This document shows, in pieces, positions 16,842 to 25,454 of a stretch of DNA of 32,000 nt. Source of the stretch: Propionibacterium freudenreichii subsp. freudenreichii (GTDB taxonomy: Bacteria > Actinomycetota > Actinomycetes > Propionibacteriales > Propionibacteriaceae); assembly GCF_000940845.1 (NCBI RefSeq), contig NZ_CP010341.1, forward strand, positions 180,001 through 212,000, read 5' to 3'. Positions within the stretch are counted from its first letter, which is position 1. Each line of letters starts with the position of its first letter. Under the pieces are notes generated by a model, which saw only the letters and a program-made list of their open reading frames with translations, had not been told where the DNA came from and searched no databases. A program made the translations under genes and the position numbers.

Positions 16842-19460
16842 TCAGTTCGGGTGGTAGTCGCAGGCACCGCTCATGTTCTCTGCGGTGCCGGACGGGGTTG
16901 CTGCCGCACCGGCCGCGCTGGCACTCGTCGACCCGCTGCCGGCCGCTGATGCGACGCTGCTCGCCGATCCCGCACTGCCCGTGGCCATCGGTGAGCTGGA
17001 CGCCGATGCCGGCGCCGACGGCGTGGTGCCATTGTCGCTGGCGGTGATGGCACCGGAGATGCGGTTCCGGATCGCGTTGTAGTCGGGGTTGCCCGGATTG
17101 ATGTCACCGACCTGCGGGGCGGTGCCGATGGCCTGCGAGAACACCACGCGGCTCACCTGGGCGTCCTTCACCTGCAGGGCCAGGTTGGTGGCGTCGTCGA
17201 GCAGGCTCTCGGGGATGTCGGTGCTCATCATGTTCTTGCCGGCGGCCGCGATCGCCTCATAGCGGGTGAGCATGGTCTGCGGATTGGCCTGCCGGATGAT
17301 CGCATTCACCAGGCAGCTCTGCCGGCGCATGCGCCCGTAGTCGTAGTCGGGGTCGTTGCAGCGGCTGCGGGCGTACCACATGGCATCGGCGCCATCGAGC
17401 TTCTGGTCGGGCCCCACCGACAGGTTGCCGTCGACGCCACACTCCTCGTCGCCGTATCCGTCGACATGGCCACCCTTGGCGATCGGGAAGTTGATGTTGA
17501 CCACCACGCCGCCCATGGCGTCGACCAGCGCCTGGATGCCGTCGATGTTGATCATCGCGTAGTAGTCGACGGTGAGCCCGGTGATGCCGCTGACGGCCAG
17601 CTTCGTGGCGTCGGCGCCGGGCTGATCGGTGTTCCTGAACAGCTCCGGATGCTCCAGCGGCACCTCATTCCACACCGCGTTGAGCATGTAGTTGTCCTCG
17701 GTGCCCGACGACCGGTCCCAGACGCGTCCATTGGGGTAGACCTTCGCCAGGTCGCTGCCGGCGGGGAAGGGCACGTTCTCGAGGTTGCGGGGCAGCTGGA
17801 TGAACACCGTATTGCCGGTGTGGGTGTTGATCGACGCGAGCATCACCGTGTCGGTGCGCAGGCCGAGGTCCTCGTCGCGGTCCGCGCCCGAGTCGCCCCC
17901 CAGCAACAGGATGTTCACCCGGTCCTTGTTGGCCCAGTCGCCGAGCGGACGCGTCTGCGAGCGGGTCTTGGAGTTGCCGAAGACGTCGCTGACGACGATC
18001 GCCGATTCGAACGCGTAGGCGGCGCCCACCGAACTCACCGAGCCCACCAGGGCGGCCATCAGGAAGACGACGATGGCGCCCGCGATGCGTTGCCAGCGCT
18101 TCATGCGCCGCGGCCGGGTCACCAGGTAGGTGCCGGCGACGATGGCCATCCAGATGATCGTGACGGCCACCAACATGATGCCGATGGCGGTCAGGCCCAC
18201 CGAGTTCATCACGGTGGCCATCAGCGCGGGCGGGTGCACCACGGCGGCCAGGATCACGCCGGAGCCGAAGACCACCGTCATCATGAACAGCAGCGTGCCG
18301 ATCATCGTGAGGCGGGTGCCGATCAGGCCGGCGCCGGGGATCAGGGAGCCGAGTGTGGTGCGCAGCATCGTCCAGCCGAAGCCGTGCGAGCCGGTGTCGT
18401 CGCTGCGCTCGGTGAACGCGGCGAAGCGACTGCGCAGCGAGGCCGGTTCGGGTTCGGGCGGTGGCGGTGGCGGTTCGCGCAGCCCCACCTGCTCGACGTC
18501 GAACAGTTCGCCGTCGTGTGCGGCAGGTTCGGTGCCGGCTGCGGCGCGTCGGGCGCGCTCCCTGGCCGCGGCCCGGGCGGCGGCGTCGGCCCTGCCCGGT
18601 GCGGCGTTGGCATGCCGGTAGTCGGGGGCATGCAGGAAGGCGGTGTGCTCGCCGAGCGGCTCACCGCCCAGCGTGAGGTTGGCGCCCCGCTCGGAGCGGG
18701 GCGCGGTCGGTGTGCCGGGTGTGGGGGCGTGGGTCGTCGGGCTGGGGGGCGTCGGGTCATGGGGTGCTGGGCTGTGGGGTGCGGCACTGTGCGGCGTGGC
18801 TGCGGCCGGGGGCGTGGTCGCGGGCGTGCGCCGGGAGGCTACGTGCTTGTCGGGTGCGGACGCACGTGGGGTCGGGGCGTCGTGTTGGCGTCCCCGGGGT
18901 GTCGCGGCGGCTGGCGGTGCCGGACGCGTGGGTGCCTGCTCGGCCGGGGCGGGGGATGGCGTCGTCGCATCTGCGGCGGCGGTGCTGCGGGGGGCATCGG
19001 GGTGGGAGAGGTCGCTTTCGACCGGCTTGTGGATCGGCGCGGAGCGGCGTGCGTGGCGCGGACCCGTGCCCTCGCCGGTGGGATGGCCCGATCCGACCGG
19101 GGGCTGGTCTCCCGTGGACTCGGCGCGTCGACGCGACCAGGAGCGGCGCGGTGTGGCGCTCGCCGTGGGCTCCGGCGTCGACTCGCGGGTGCCCCACTTG
19201 CTGACGTGGGGTTCGTTCGTGCCCATGCCGCGCCGCGAGGAGCCGCCGGTGGGCGTGGGATCTGCCGGTGTGGAAGGGGCTGCCGGCGCTTCGGGGGCTG
19301 CCGGAGGGGTGGTCGGCGGGTCCTCGGGCTGCGGGCGGGCCCAGATGCGCCGCGGCGTGCCCGGGGTGCCGGACGCGGGGGGCGTGGCGGAGTGTGCATC
19401 GTCGGCGGCGCGCCGGACCCTGCGGGGTCGCTGAACGTCGTCGTCTGCCATGTCACCCAT
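16842..19460 (-). CDS. LCP (LytR-CpsA-Psr) family cell-wall ligase with ~340-aa Pro/Ala-rich N-terminal region and multi-TM anchor
   Basis: LCP core DRVNILLLGGDSGADRDEDLGLRTDTVMLASINTHTGNTVFIQLPRNL...DYYAMINIDGIQALVDAMGG...ADAMWYARSR. It is preceded by about 4 hydrophobic helices and a long low-complexity P/A/T/R-rich segment, and followed by a Ser/Ala-rich C-terminal tail. The start may be 19460 or 19451 (MADDD). Confidence 0.85.
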   Translation of the reverse strand: MGDMADDDVQRPRRVRRAADDAHSATPPASGTPGTPRRIWARPQPEDPPTTPPAAPEAPAAPSTPADPTPTGGSSRRGMGTNEPHVSKWGTRESTPEPTASATPRRSWSRRRAESTGDQPPVGSGHPTGEGTGPRHARRSAPIHKPVESDLSHPDAPRSTAAADATTPSPAPAEQAPTRPAPPAAATPRGRQHDAPTPRASAPDKHVASRRTPATTPPAAATPHSAAPHSPAPHDPTPPSPTTHAPTPGTPTAPRSERGANLTLGGEPLGEHTAFLHAPDYRHANAAPGRADAAARAAARERARRAAAGTEPAAHDGELFDVEQVGLREPPPPPPEPEPASLRSRFAAFTERSDDTGSHGFGWTMLRTTLGSLIPGAGLIGTRLTMIGTLLFMMTVVFGSGVILAAVVHPPALMATVMNSVGLTAIGIMLVAVTIIWMAIVAGTYLVTRPRRMKRWQRIAGAIVVFLMAALVGSVSSVGAAYAFESAIVVSDVFGNSKTRSQTRPLGDWANKDRVNILLLGGDSGADRDEDLGLRTDTVMLASINTHTGNTVFIQLPRNLENVPFPAGSDLAKVYPNGRVWDRSSGTEDNYMLNAVWNEVPLEHPELFRNTDQPGADATKLAVSGITGLTVDYYAMINIDGIQALVDAMGGVVVNINFPIAKGGHVDGYGDEECGVDGNLSVGPDQKLDGADAMWYARSRCNDPDYDYGRMRRQSCLVNAIIRQANPQTMLTRYEAIAAAGKNMMSTDIPESLLDDATNLALQVKDAQVSRVVFSQAIGTAPQVGDINPGNPDYNAIRNRISGAITASDNGTTPSAPASASSSPMATGSAGSASSVASAAGSGSTSASAAGAAATPSGTAENMSGACDYHPN

Positions 19461-19699
19461 TCTTCAGTCGCGTTCTTCGGCCGCGTCGAACCCTCGTGGC
19501 CACCCGCGCGGGCAGTTTATGCCTGCGTCGGTGGGCCCCGGCGACGCCCTGGCTTGCCCGGACGCGCGGGCCCCATCTCGTCGGCCGGGGATGTACGCCA
19601 ACCATCATGCCGTGCGAACATGTGTGAGGCACATTGCGACGTGAAGCTTGGCTCGAGCTTTGCTCTGGGCCCTGCCAGCCGATAGTCTTTCGTGTCGCT

Positions 19700-19792
19700 G
19701 GAGGTGTCGCCTAGTTGGTCTATGGCGCCCGCCTGCTAAGCGGGTTTGGGACACAAATCCCATCGCGGGTTCGAATCCCGCCACCTCCGCCA
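19700..19792 (+). tRNA. tRNA-Ser (anticodon GCT), class II, encoded CCA
   Basis: Acceptor GGAGGTG/CACCTCC; D arm GCC-TAGTTGGTCTAT-GGC; anticodon stem CCCGC/GCGGG with loop CTGCTAA; long variable arm TTTGGGACACAAATCCCATC; T arm GCGGG-TTCGAAT-CCCGC; discriminator G; CCA. Confidence 0.92.
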
Positions 19793-19799
19793 GCTTTTT

Positions 19800-19836
19800 G
19801 CGGTCCGTCATCCTCGGTGGCGGACCGCTTTTCGTT
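19800..19836 (+). terminator. Intrinsic terminator after tRNA-Ser(GCT)
   Basis: Stem GCGGTCCG / CGGACCGC with a 13-nt loop, followed by TTTTCGTT. Confidence 0.7.
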
Positions 19837-19925
19837 GCCCACGACGACGCCTGCCGTGGGCCCCGGTTGCCCGGTCGGTGGGCGACGCGGACTGCCGCGC
19901 AGCCGGTCGTCGCCGACAACTCGGC

Positions 19926-19955
19926 TTGGATCAGATGGCACCCATGTACTAGCAT
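19926..19955 (+). promoter_or_regulatory. Candidate promoter of tRNA-Arg (TTGGAT-18 nt-TAGCAT)
   Basis: A -35-like TTGGAT (19926-19931) and a -10-like TAGCAT (19950-19955) would place a start about 15 nt upstream of the mature tRNA 5' end at 19977. Pattern match only. Confidence 0.3.
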
Positions 19956-19976
19956 GGTGAGGCGCCGCAAGGCGAT

Positions 19977-20052
19977 GCGCCCATGGCTTAACGGATAGAG
20001 CATCTGACTACGGATCAGAAGGTTGGGGGTTCGAATCCCTCTGGGCGCGCCA
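19977..20052 (+). tRNA. tRNA-Arg (anticodon ACG), encoded CCA
   Basis: Acceptor GCGCCCA/TGGGCGC; D arm GCTT-AACGGAT-AGAGC; anticodon stem TCTGA/TCAGA with loop CTACGGA; short variable loop AGGTT; T arm GGGGG-TTCGAAT-CCCTC; discriminator G; CCA. Confidence 0.92.
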
Positions 20053-20055
20053 CTC

Positions 20056-20094
20056 AAGAAGGCCCCGCGAAAGCGGGGCCTTCTTTTTGCGTTT
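20056..20094 (+). terminator. Strong intrinsic terminator after tRNA-Arg
   Basis: 13-bp stem AAGAAGGCCCCGC / GCGGGGCCTTCTT, GAAA tetraloop, then TTTGCGTTT. Confidence 0.85.
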
Positions 20095-20160
20095 GGGGCC
20101 TGTACGTCCGTGGGTTCGGGGCCGGGACCGCGTCCGGCCAGACGCCGCGGGCCGATCCTG

Positions 20161-20400
20161 ATGCCCGACGCGGTGAGACGCGACGACAGGTACGGATGAA
20201 GCACCGTCCGTGGTGCTCAATCCGCACCTATCTCGTGGGCATGCCTGCCTGACCGTCCCGGCTGCGTGGTCCGGCGTCCGCCCGGCCTGACGTCCACTCG
20301 GGCTGACATCCACTTGGCCTGACCCCCTTGGGTGGGCACCTGTGCGACGTCATTGCCGCACAACTGCCCAGTGAGAGACCAGACAGCGGCAGAACCAGGG
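20161..20400. repeat. Right copy (inverted orientation) of the structured intergenic repeat (degenerate hairpin 20188-20232, X-box 20332-20380)
   Basis: The reverse complement aligns with 16581..16790. The X-box CTCACTGGGCAGTTGTGCGGCAATGACGTCGCACAGGTGCCCAC matches the left copy at about 40 of 46 nt. The hairpin module retains 15 of 18 stem pairs. The central spacer is about 40 bp longer than in the left copy. Confidence 0.85.
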
Positions 20401-20417
20401 CGGAGCAGGACGCGTCG

Positions 20418-21773
20418 TCAGGCTGGGTCGGCCGCGCCGGAACCACCCACGCCGGTATCACCCGCGCCGGGACCCGCCACGGTGGGCGTCACGCTCCGGG
20501 AGTCGACCATGTCGGCACCGGTCAACCAGCCCGACAATGACCGGTGGCTGCGGGTGGGCACCACCATCACCACGGCGAGCACGATCACCAGCGTGGACAG
20601 CGCATTGAGCGCGCCCGACACCGGCTCACCGATGAACAGCTGGAGCACCCGCGTGGCCACCAGCGGGCCGACGACCACCAGCGAACGCGCCAGGCGTCGC
20701 CACAGCGGCCCATTGGCCAGGGTTCGACTGTCCAACAGCCCACTGCTCGCAGATCCACTGTCCAGCGACCCACCGCGGTACGTTCCACCGCCCATCTGCC
20801 CTCCGTCAGGCGCTGCGTCGTCCGGCCAACCGCCGCCGACCGTGCCACCCGACGAATCAGCGCCGACCGACCCGCCCGACCCGTCACCCGAGCCAGCCGC
20901 CGCAGGCCACCGCGGCGTCAGCCAGACCACCCGCTGGCCAAGGGACCCGCCCCGACCGGTCAGCGAGGGGATCACGAACACCATCAACAACGCCACCACA
21001 TCACCCGCCGGTGAGATCCACTCGGGCTCGGCCTCCACCGGCCACCACGACAGCAGGCGTCCGGCCACCAGCACGGCGATGGAGCTGCTGGCGGCGATCA
21101 GGTAGAACAGGAAGCCATCCACCACCATGCCCACCCAGCGGCGCATCGAGGTGACCGGCCGGGCCACCAGCCGGGTGGACGTCAACGTGCGCGAGGCCGG
21201 CATCCAGAACAACAGCAGCGGCGCGATGAGCGCCCCGATCAGCGTGCCGGCGGTATTGGTGATCACATCGTCCACATCGGCCACGCGATAGGCGCACGGC
21301 AGCAGGCCGAAGAAGCCCGTGTACTGCGTGGTCTCAATGCACACCGACACGATGAGGCCGATGAGCGTGCTGGTGATCACGCCGCGCCGGAAATAGCGGT
21401 GCAGCAGCACGCCGAGTGGCACGAACAGCACCACGTTGAACACCACCTGCAACACCACGGCGCTGGTCAGCGCGGTCCGCAGGCCCATGCCGGCGGTCTG
21501 CGTGCGGATATCGGTGATGAACTCGAGGGGATGCAGGTTGTAGCCCACGTGCGTCGACGCGCAGAAGGCCTGCGGGTCCTCGGGGAACGGCACCAGCGTG
21601 TACACGGCCAGGCCGGTGAAATAGACGCACACTGCGGCCCACCCGATGATCCGCCGGAAGCTCAGCTGGCCGAACCGGTGGAATGACCACACCACATAGG
21701 GAAGGAACAGCACCAGGAAGGCGACGCCTCCCACCAGCACCGTGACGAAGGCGTTGTTCTGCCAGACTTCCAT
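20418..21773 (-). CDS. VanZ-like membrane protein fused to an RDD-type membrane domain
   Basis: The ATG at 21773 (MEVWQNNAFVTVLVGG...) follows GAGAGGAAG. The VanZ-like block is VVFNVVLFVPLGVLLH...VCIETTQYTGFFG...RVADVDDVITNTAGTLIGALIA. The downstream block RRWVGMVVDGFLFYLIA...GGSLGQRVVWLTP resembles RDD. A Gly/Ser-rich insert and further TM segments follow. The ORF-track extension to 22481 is antisense to the SDR gene and is rejected. Confidence 0.7.
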   Translation of the reverse strand: MEVWQNNAFVTVLVGGVAFLVLFLPYVVWSFHRFGQLSFRRIIGWAAVCVYFTGLAVYTLVPFPEDPQAFCASTHVGYNLHPLEFITDIRTQTAGMGLRTALTSAVVLQVVFNVVLFVPLGVLLHRYFRRGVITSTLIGLIVSVCIETTQYTGFFGLLPCAYRVADVDDVITNTAGTLIGALIAPLLLFWMPASRTLTSTRLVARPVTSMRRWVGMVVDGFLFYLIAASSSIAVLVAGRLLSWWPVEAEPEWISPAGDVVALLMVFVIPSLTGRGGSLGQRVVWLTPRWPAAAGSGDGSGGSVGADSSGGTVGGGWPDDAAPDGGQMGGGTYRGGSLDSGSASSGLLDSRTLANGPLWRRLARSLVVVGPLVATRVLQLFIGEPVSGALNALSTLVIVLAVVMVVPTRSHRSLSGWLTGADMVDSRSVTPTVAGPGAGDTGVGGSGAADPA

Positions 21774-21905
21774 TGCTTCCTCTCGAACCAGCGTGTGCTC
21801 GCAGGGCCGCACCAGTATTCCAGCCGGGACGCCGGTCGCCGGCGTCGACTGGATAACGATCGGTCGGGTGCCCCACCCCCGCGGCGCGCTCATTAGGCTG
21901 AGGCC

Positions 21906-22589
21906 ATGGCTGAACGCAGAGCGGTTCTCATCACCGGCGCAACCCGTGGCATCGGGCGTGCGATCGCCGACGAGCTGGCGGACGACTGGCATGTGCTGGT
22001 CGGCGGCCGGCATCCCGACCAGGTGAGGAAGGTGGTGCAGGCCCTGCCCAGCGCCGAGCCCTTCATCGCCGACCTCACCGACGCCGGCGCGATGCAGGCC
22101 GCAGTGGAACAGATCGGCCACCTCGACGCGGTGGTGCACTCGGCCGGCGCGGTGGTGATGGGCCCGGTGTCCGAACTGAGCCGCCAGGACTGGCGCGACC
22201 TCTACGAGATCAACGTGGTGGCGGTGGCCGACCTCACCGCCGAACTGCTGCCCAAGCTGCGCGAGGCGCACGGCCAGGTGGTTACCATCAACTCCGGCTC
22301 GGGATTCCACACCGGTCCCGGCCAGACCTGCTACGCCGCCACCAAGCACGCACTGGTTGCCTTCACCGACGGCCTGCGCGAGGAGGAACGCGGCGTCGTG
22401 CGCGTCACCTCGGTGCACCCGGGCCGCGTCGACACCGACATGCAGGTGGACATCCAGCGCCAGCTCGGTGCGCAGTACCAACCCGAGCGCTACCTGCAGC
22501 CCGCCGACGTCGCCCGTGCCGTGGAGCTGGCCCTGACGATGCGTCCGGGCGCCAATGTCGACACGGTGTCGGTCAGGCCGGCACTGTGA
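21906..22589 (+). CDS. Short-chain dehydrogenase/reductase (SDR) family oxidoreductase
   Basis: Cofactor motif VLITGATRGIGRAIA, NSGSG, catalytic YAATKHAL, and HPGRVDTDM. Confidence 0.85.
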   Translation: MAERRAVLITGATRGIGRAIADELADDWHVLVGGRHPDQVRKVVQALPSAEPFIADLTDAGAMQAAVEQIGHLDAVVHSAGAVVMGPVSELSRQDWRDLYEINVVAVADLTAELLPKLREAHGQVVTINSGSGFHTGPGQTCYAATKHALVAFTDGLREEERGVVRVTSVHPGRVDTDMQVDIQRQLGAQYQPERYLQPADVARAVELALTMRPGANVDTVSVRPAL

Positions 22590-23305
22590 CCGCCGTCTGG
22601 GCCCACCGCGGCGCCTCCGCGGCCGCCCCCGAGAACACCCTGCCCGCCTTCCAGGCGGCCGCCACCCTGGGTGCCGACGGGGTTGAGCTCGACGTGCAAC
22701 GCACCCGTGACGGCCAGCTGGTGGTCTGCCACGACGAGACGATCGACCGCACGAGCAATGGCGTCGGCAACCTGGCTGATTACACCTTGTCGCAGCTCAA
22801 GGAGTTCGACTTCTCGGCGGGCCATCCGGAGTTCACCAATGTGGCCATCCCCACGCTGGCCGAGGTGTTCGACGTGCTCGGCCCCACCGGGCTGATGATC
22901 AACATCGAGCTGAAGAACTCGGTGGTGCCCTATGAGGGCATGGAGGCCCAGGTGCTCGCGCTGGTGCATGCCGCGGGGTGGGATGACAAGGTGTTCTACT
23001 CGTCGTTCAACCACCGCTCGATGCGCCGGCTTGCCGAGCGCGACTATCCGGTGGGCCTGCTCTACGACTCGGTGCTGTGGCGTGCCGCGAAATACGCCGC
23101 CGAGCTCGGCGCCAGTGCCCTGCATCCCTCGGGACGGGCGGTGCGGGTGAACCCGGGCGTCGTGCGCGCAGCCCACAAGCGCGGCCTGTCGGTGAACGTG
23201 TGGACGATCGACAAGCCCGCCCAGATCCAGGCGCTGCTCGACCTCGAGGTGGATGCGATCATCACCAATGTGCCCGACGTGGCCCTGGGCGTGCGCGACG
23301 CCTGA
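22586..23305 (+). CDS. Glycerophosphodiester phosphodiesterase (GDPD/UgpQ-like)
   Basis: VWAHRGASAAAPENTLPAFQAA...GADGVELDVQRTRDGQLVVCHDETIDRTSNG, INIELK and NVWTID. The GTG start overlaps the SDR stop as GTGA (22586-22589). Confidence 0.88.
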   Translation: MTAVWAHRGASAAAPENTLPAFQAAATLGADGVELDVQRTRDGQLVVCHDETIDRTSNGVGNLADYTLSQLKEFDFSAGHPEFTNVAIPTLAEVFDVLGPTGLMINIELKNSVVPYEGMEAQVLALVHAAGWDDKVFYSSFNHRSMRRLAERDYPVGLLYDSVLWRAAKYAAELGASALHPSGRAVRVNPGVVRAAHKRGLSVNVWTIDKPAQIQALLDLEVDAIITNVPDVALGVRDA

Positions 23306-23395
23306 CGCCCTTTCGTGGCCTGAATCGGCCTGACCGGACCGGCGCCCGGGGTGTTCACAGTTCAACCGAACGGGGCGTCCCCGCGCCCCCGCAGC

Positions 23396-24214
23396 TCAAC
23401 GCTTGGCGAGCTCCGCGCGGCAGACCTCGATCAGCGGCTCGGCCAAGGGCTCCTCGCCGGTCATCAGGCGCACCTGGTCGATGGCCTGGTGCACCAGCAG
23501 GTCGACGCCGTCGACGCTCACCCGGCCGGCCTTGATGGCGGCCCGGCTGAGGTTGGTGGGGTAGTTCTGGTAGACGATGTCGAAGATCACCTGCGAGACG
23601 GCGGCCAGCTGGGCGGCCTCCTCGGGCGTGTACTGCACCGGGGCGGTGGAGATGAGCACATCGGCGCTGTCGGCACCCAGGGCGTCGAAGCCCGACCAGT
23701 CAACGATCTCCAGGTCGGTGCCGTACAGGGCGGCAACCCGGTCGAGGCTGGCGTGGGCGCGTCCGGCGTCGCGGGCGACCACCCGGATCACCCGGCAGCC
23801 GAGGCGCACCAGCGTCGAGATGGCGCTGCGGGCGGTGGCGCCGGCCCCCATGATCACCGCGGTGCCGGGCATGATCACGTCGTAGCTGGCCATCGCGTCG
23901 CGCAGGCCGGTCACGTCGGTGTTGAACAGCCGGTTGGGGTGTCCGAAGATCAGCGTGTTGGCGCTCTGCAGCTCCGACGATTGCTGGTCGGGACGCCCGA
24001 ACTCGATGAGCGCCTCCTTCAGCGGGGCGGTCACCGACAGGCCGGCCCAGCTGTTGTCGCGGCTGGCGATGAACTCGCCCAGGGTGTCGGGAGTCACCTC
24101 GATGGCGTCGTACTCCCAGTCGTGCAGGCCGAGCTGCTGGTAGGCCGCACGGTGCAACACCGGCGACAACGAATGCGCGATCGGGCTGCCAATGACAGCT
24201 GCGTGATGGGTCAT
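23396..24214 (-). CDS. aroE: Shikimate dehydrogenase
   Basis: AAVIGSPIAHSLSPVLHRAAY, GLSVTAPLKE, NTLI, FNTDVTG, VIMGAGATARSA and DIVYQNYPT follow the AroE pattern. Confidence 0.88.
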   Translation of the reverse strand: MTHHAAVIGSPIAHSLSPVLHRAAYQQLGLHDWEYDAIEVTPDTLGEFIASRDNSWAGLSVTAPLKEALIEFGRPDQQSSELQSANTLIFGHPNRLFNTDVTGLRDAMASYDVIMPGTAVIMGAGATARSAISTLVRLGCRVIRVVARDAGRAHASLDRVAALYGTDLEIVDWSGFDALGADSADVLISTAPVQYTPEEAAQLAAVSQVIFDIVYQNYPTNLSRAAIKAGRVSVDGVDLLVHQAIDQVRLMTGEEPLAEPLIEVCRAELAKR

Positions 24215-24300
24215 CCGAACTCCTTGGGGTGGGCCTGTCGACGTGTTTCAGCCTACCGGCCGGCCATGGACGCGAAGCGCGGCGTGGTTAGGTTGGGAAC

Positions 24301-25350
24301 ATGTCCACCCAGCTGTGTTATGTCAGTGGCAGGCGCGACGGCCTCATCACCACGGTGCGCTTCGACGACAAGGCCGAGACCGCCGAGGTCGTGTCGCGGC
24401 TCAACCTCGGGCCCAAGCCGATGCCCCTGGAACTCAACCGCGAACGCCGGCTGTTGCGGGTGGCCACGGGCGCCGATCCCCTGCGCGTCAGCACGCTCAA
24501 GTTGCTGCCCGACGGCAGTTGCCAGGTGCTCAGCGAGGTCAACTGCCCCCTGTCGGCCACCTACCTGAGCTTCACGCCCGACGACCGGATGGCCTTCGTG
24601 GTGAGCTACCACGCCAGCCGCCTGGCCTGGGCGCCGGTGTGGGACAACCACCTGATCGACGATTCGGCCTGGCATGTGGAGCAGGTGGGCGAGCAACCAC
24701 ACTGCGTCGAACCCTCGCCCGACGGACGCCACGTCTATGTGGTGGAACTGGGTGCCAACCGGGTGCAGGGCTTCCGCGTGTCCGACGGCGAACTGGTGGC
24801 CGACGAGCAGATCGGCGTGCAGTTCGAGCACGGCACCGGCCCGCGCCACCTGGTGTTCGACGCGTCGGGGGAGCACGGCTACCTCATCGAGGAACTGGGC
24901 GGCCACATCGTGCACCTCACCCGCGACCCCGACAGCGGCCGGCTGACGGTGGCCGAGCGCGTGCCCTATTCGGACCGCGCCGATGACCTGCGTCCCGGCG
25001 TGCACGTGCCCAGCGGCAGCACCCCCAGCCTCGACGACCAGACCTTGCGCCACTGGGGCGCCGAGTTGGCCCTCGACCCGCAACGCCACTGGATCGTGGC
25101 CAGCGAGCGGCGCGCGTCCACGCTCAACCTGCAGGCCCTCGACGACGACGGCAGCTTCGGGGCCCGGCTCGACCACGTGCCCACCGAGAAGCAGCCGCGC
25201 GGCATGGGCCTGATCGGTGACCATCACGTGATTGCCGGCGCCGAGCTGGGCGACACCGCAACGATCTACCGGGTGGACGACCAGCTGGAGCCCGTGGCCG
25301 AGGTGGAGGGCCTGGGCGGGCCGGTCTGGTTCGCCAGCATCGGGAGCTGA
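24301..25350 (+). CDS. Lactonase, 7-bladed beta-propeller family (6-phosphogluconolactonase-like)
   Basis: Repeated propeller strings PHCVEPSPDGRHVYVVELGANRVQGFRV and GTGPRHLVFDASGEHGYLIEELGGHIVHL are typical of the PF10282-type family. Recognised from memory only. Confidence 0.65.
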   Translation: MSTQLCYVSGRRDGLITTVRFDDKAETAEVVSRLNLGPKPMPLELNRERRLLRVATGADPLRVSTLKLLPDGSCQVLSEVNCPLSATYLSFTPDDRMAFVVSYHASRLAWAPVWDNHLIDDSAWHVEQVGEQPHCVEPSPDGRHVYVVELGANRVQGFRVSDGELVADEQIGVQFEHGTGPRHLVFDASGEHGYLIEELGGHIVHLTRDPDSGRLTVAERVPYSDRADDLRPGVHVPSGSTPSLDDQTLRHWGAELALDPQRHWIVASERRASTLNLQALDDDGSFGARLDHVPTEKQPRGMGLIGDHHVIAGAELGDTATIYRVDDQLEPVAEVEGLGGPVWFASIGS

Positions 25351-25454
25351 CGGCGGTTCACGCGGCCCCAGACTTGAGTCTGGTCGTATCAAGTGGCAAG
25401 ACTGGTAACAGGAGACGCCACTGATCCGGTGGCCCGCCCCCAGGAAGGAAAACG

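Noticed and set aside
19461-20417. Looked for an integrated element or genomic-island junction at the tRNA-Ser/tRNA-Arg locus.
   Set aside because: There is no integrase, recombinase or phage gene, no duplicated tRNA 3' end (att-like direct repeat), and the flanking genes are housekeeping. Only the structured inverted repeats are unusual, and they are reported separately.
21774-22481. N-terminal 236-aa extension of the 687-aa minus-strand ORF upstream of the VanZ-like gene.
   Set aside because: It is entirely antisense to the SDR gene, which carries canonical TGATRGIG and YAATK motifs. The VanZ-like protein has a good Shine-Dalgarno and ATG at 21773.
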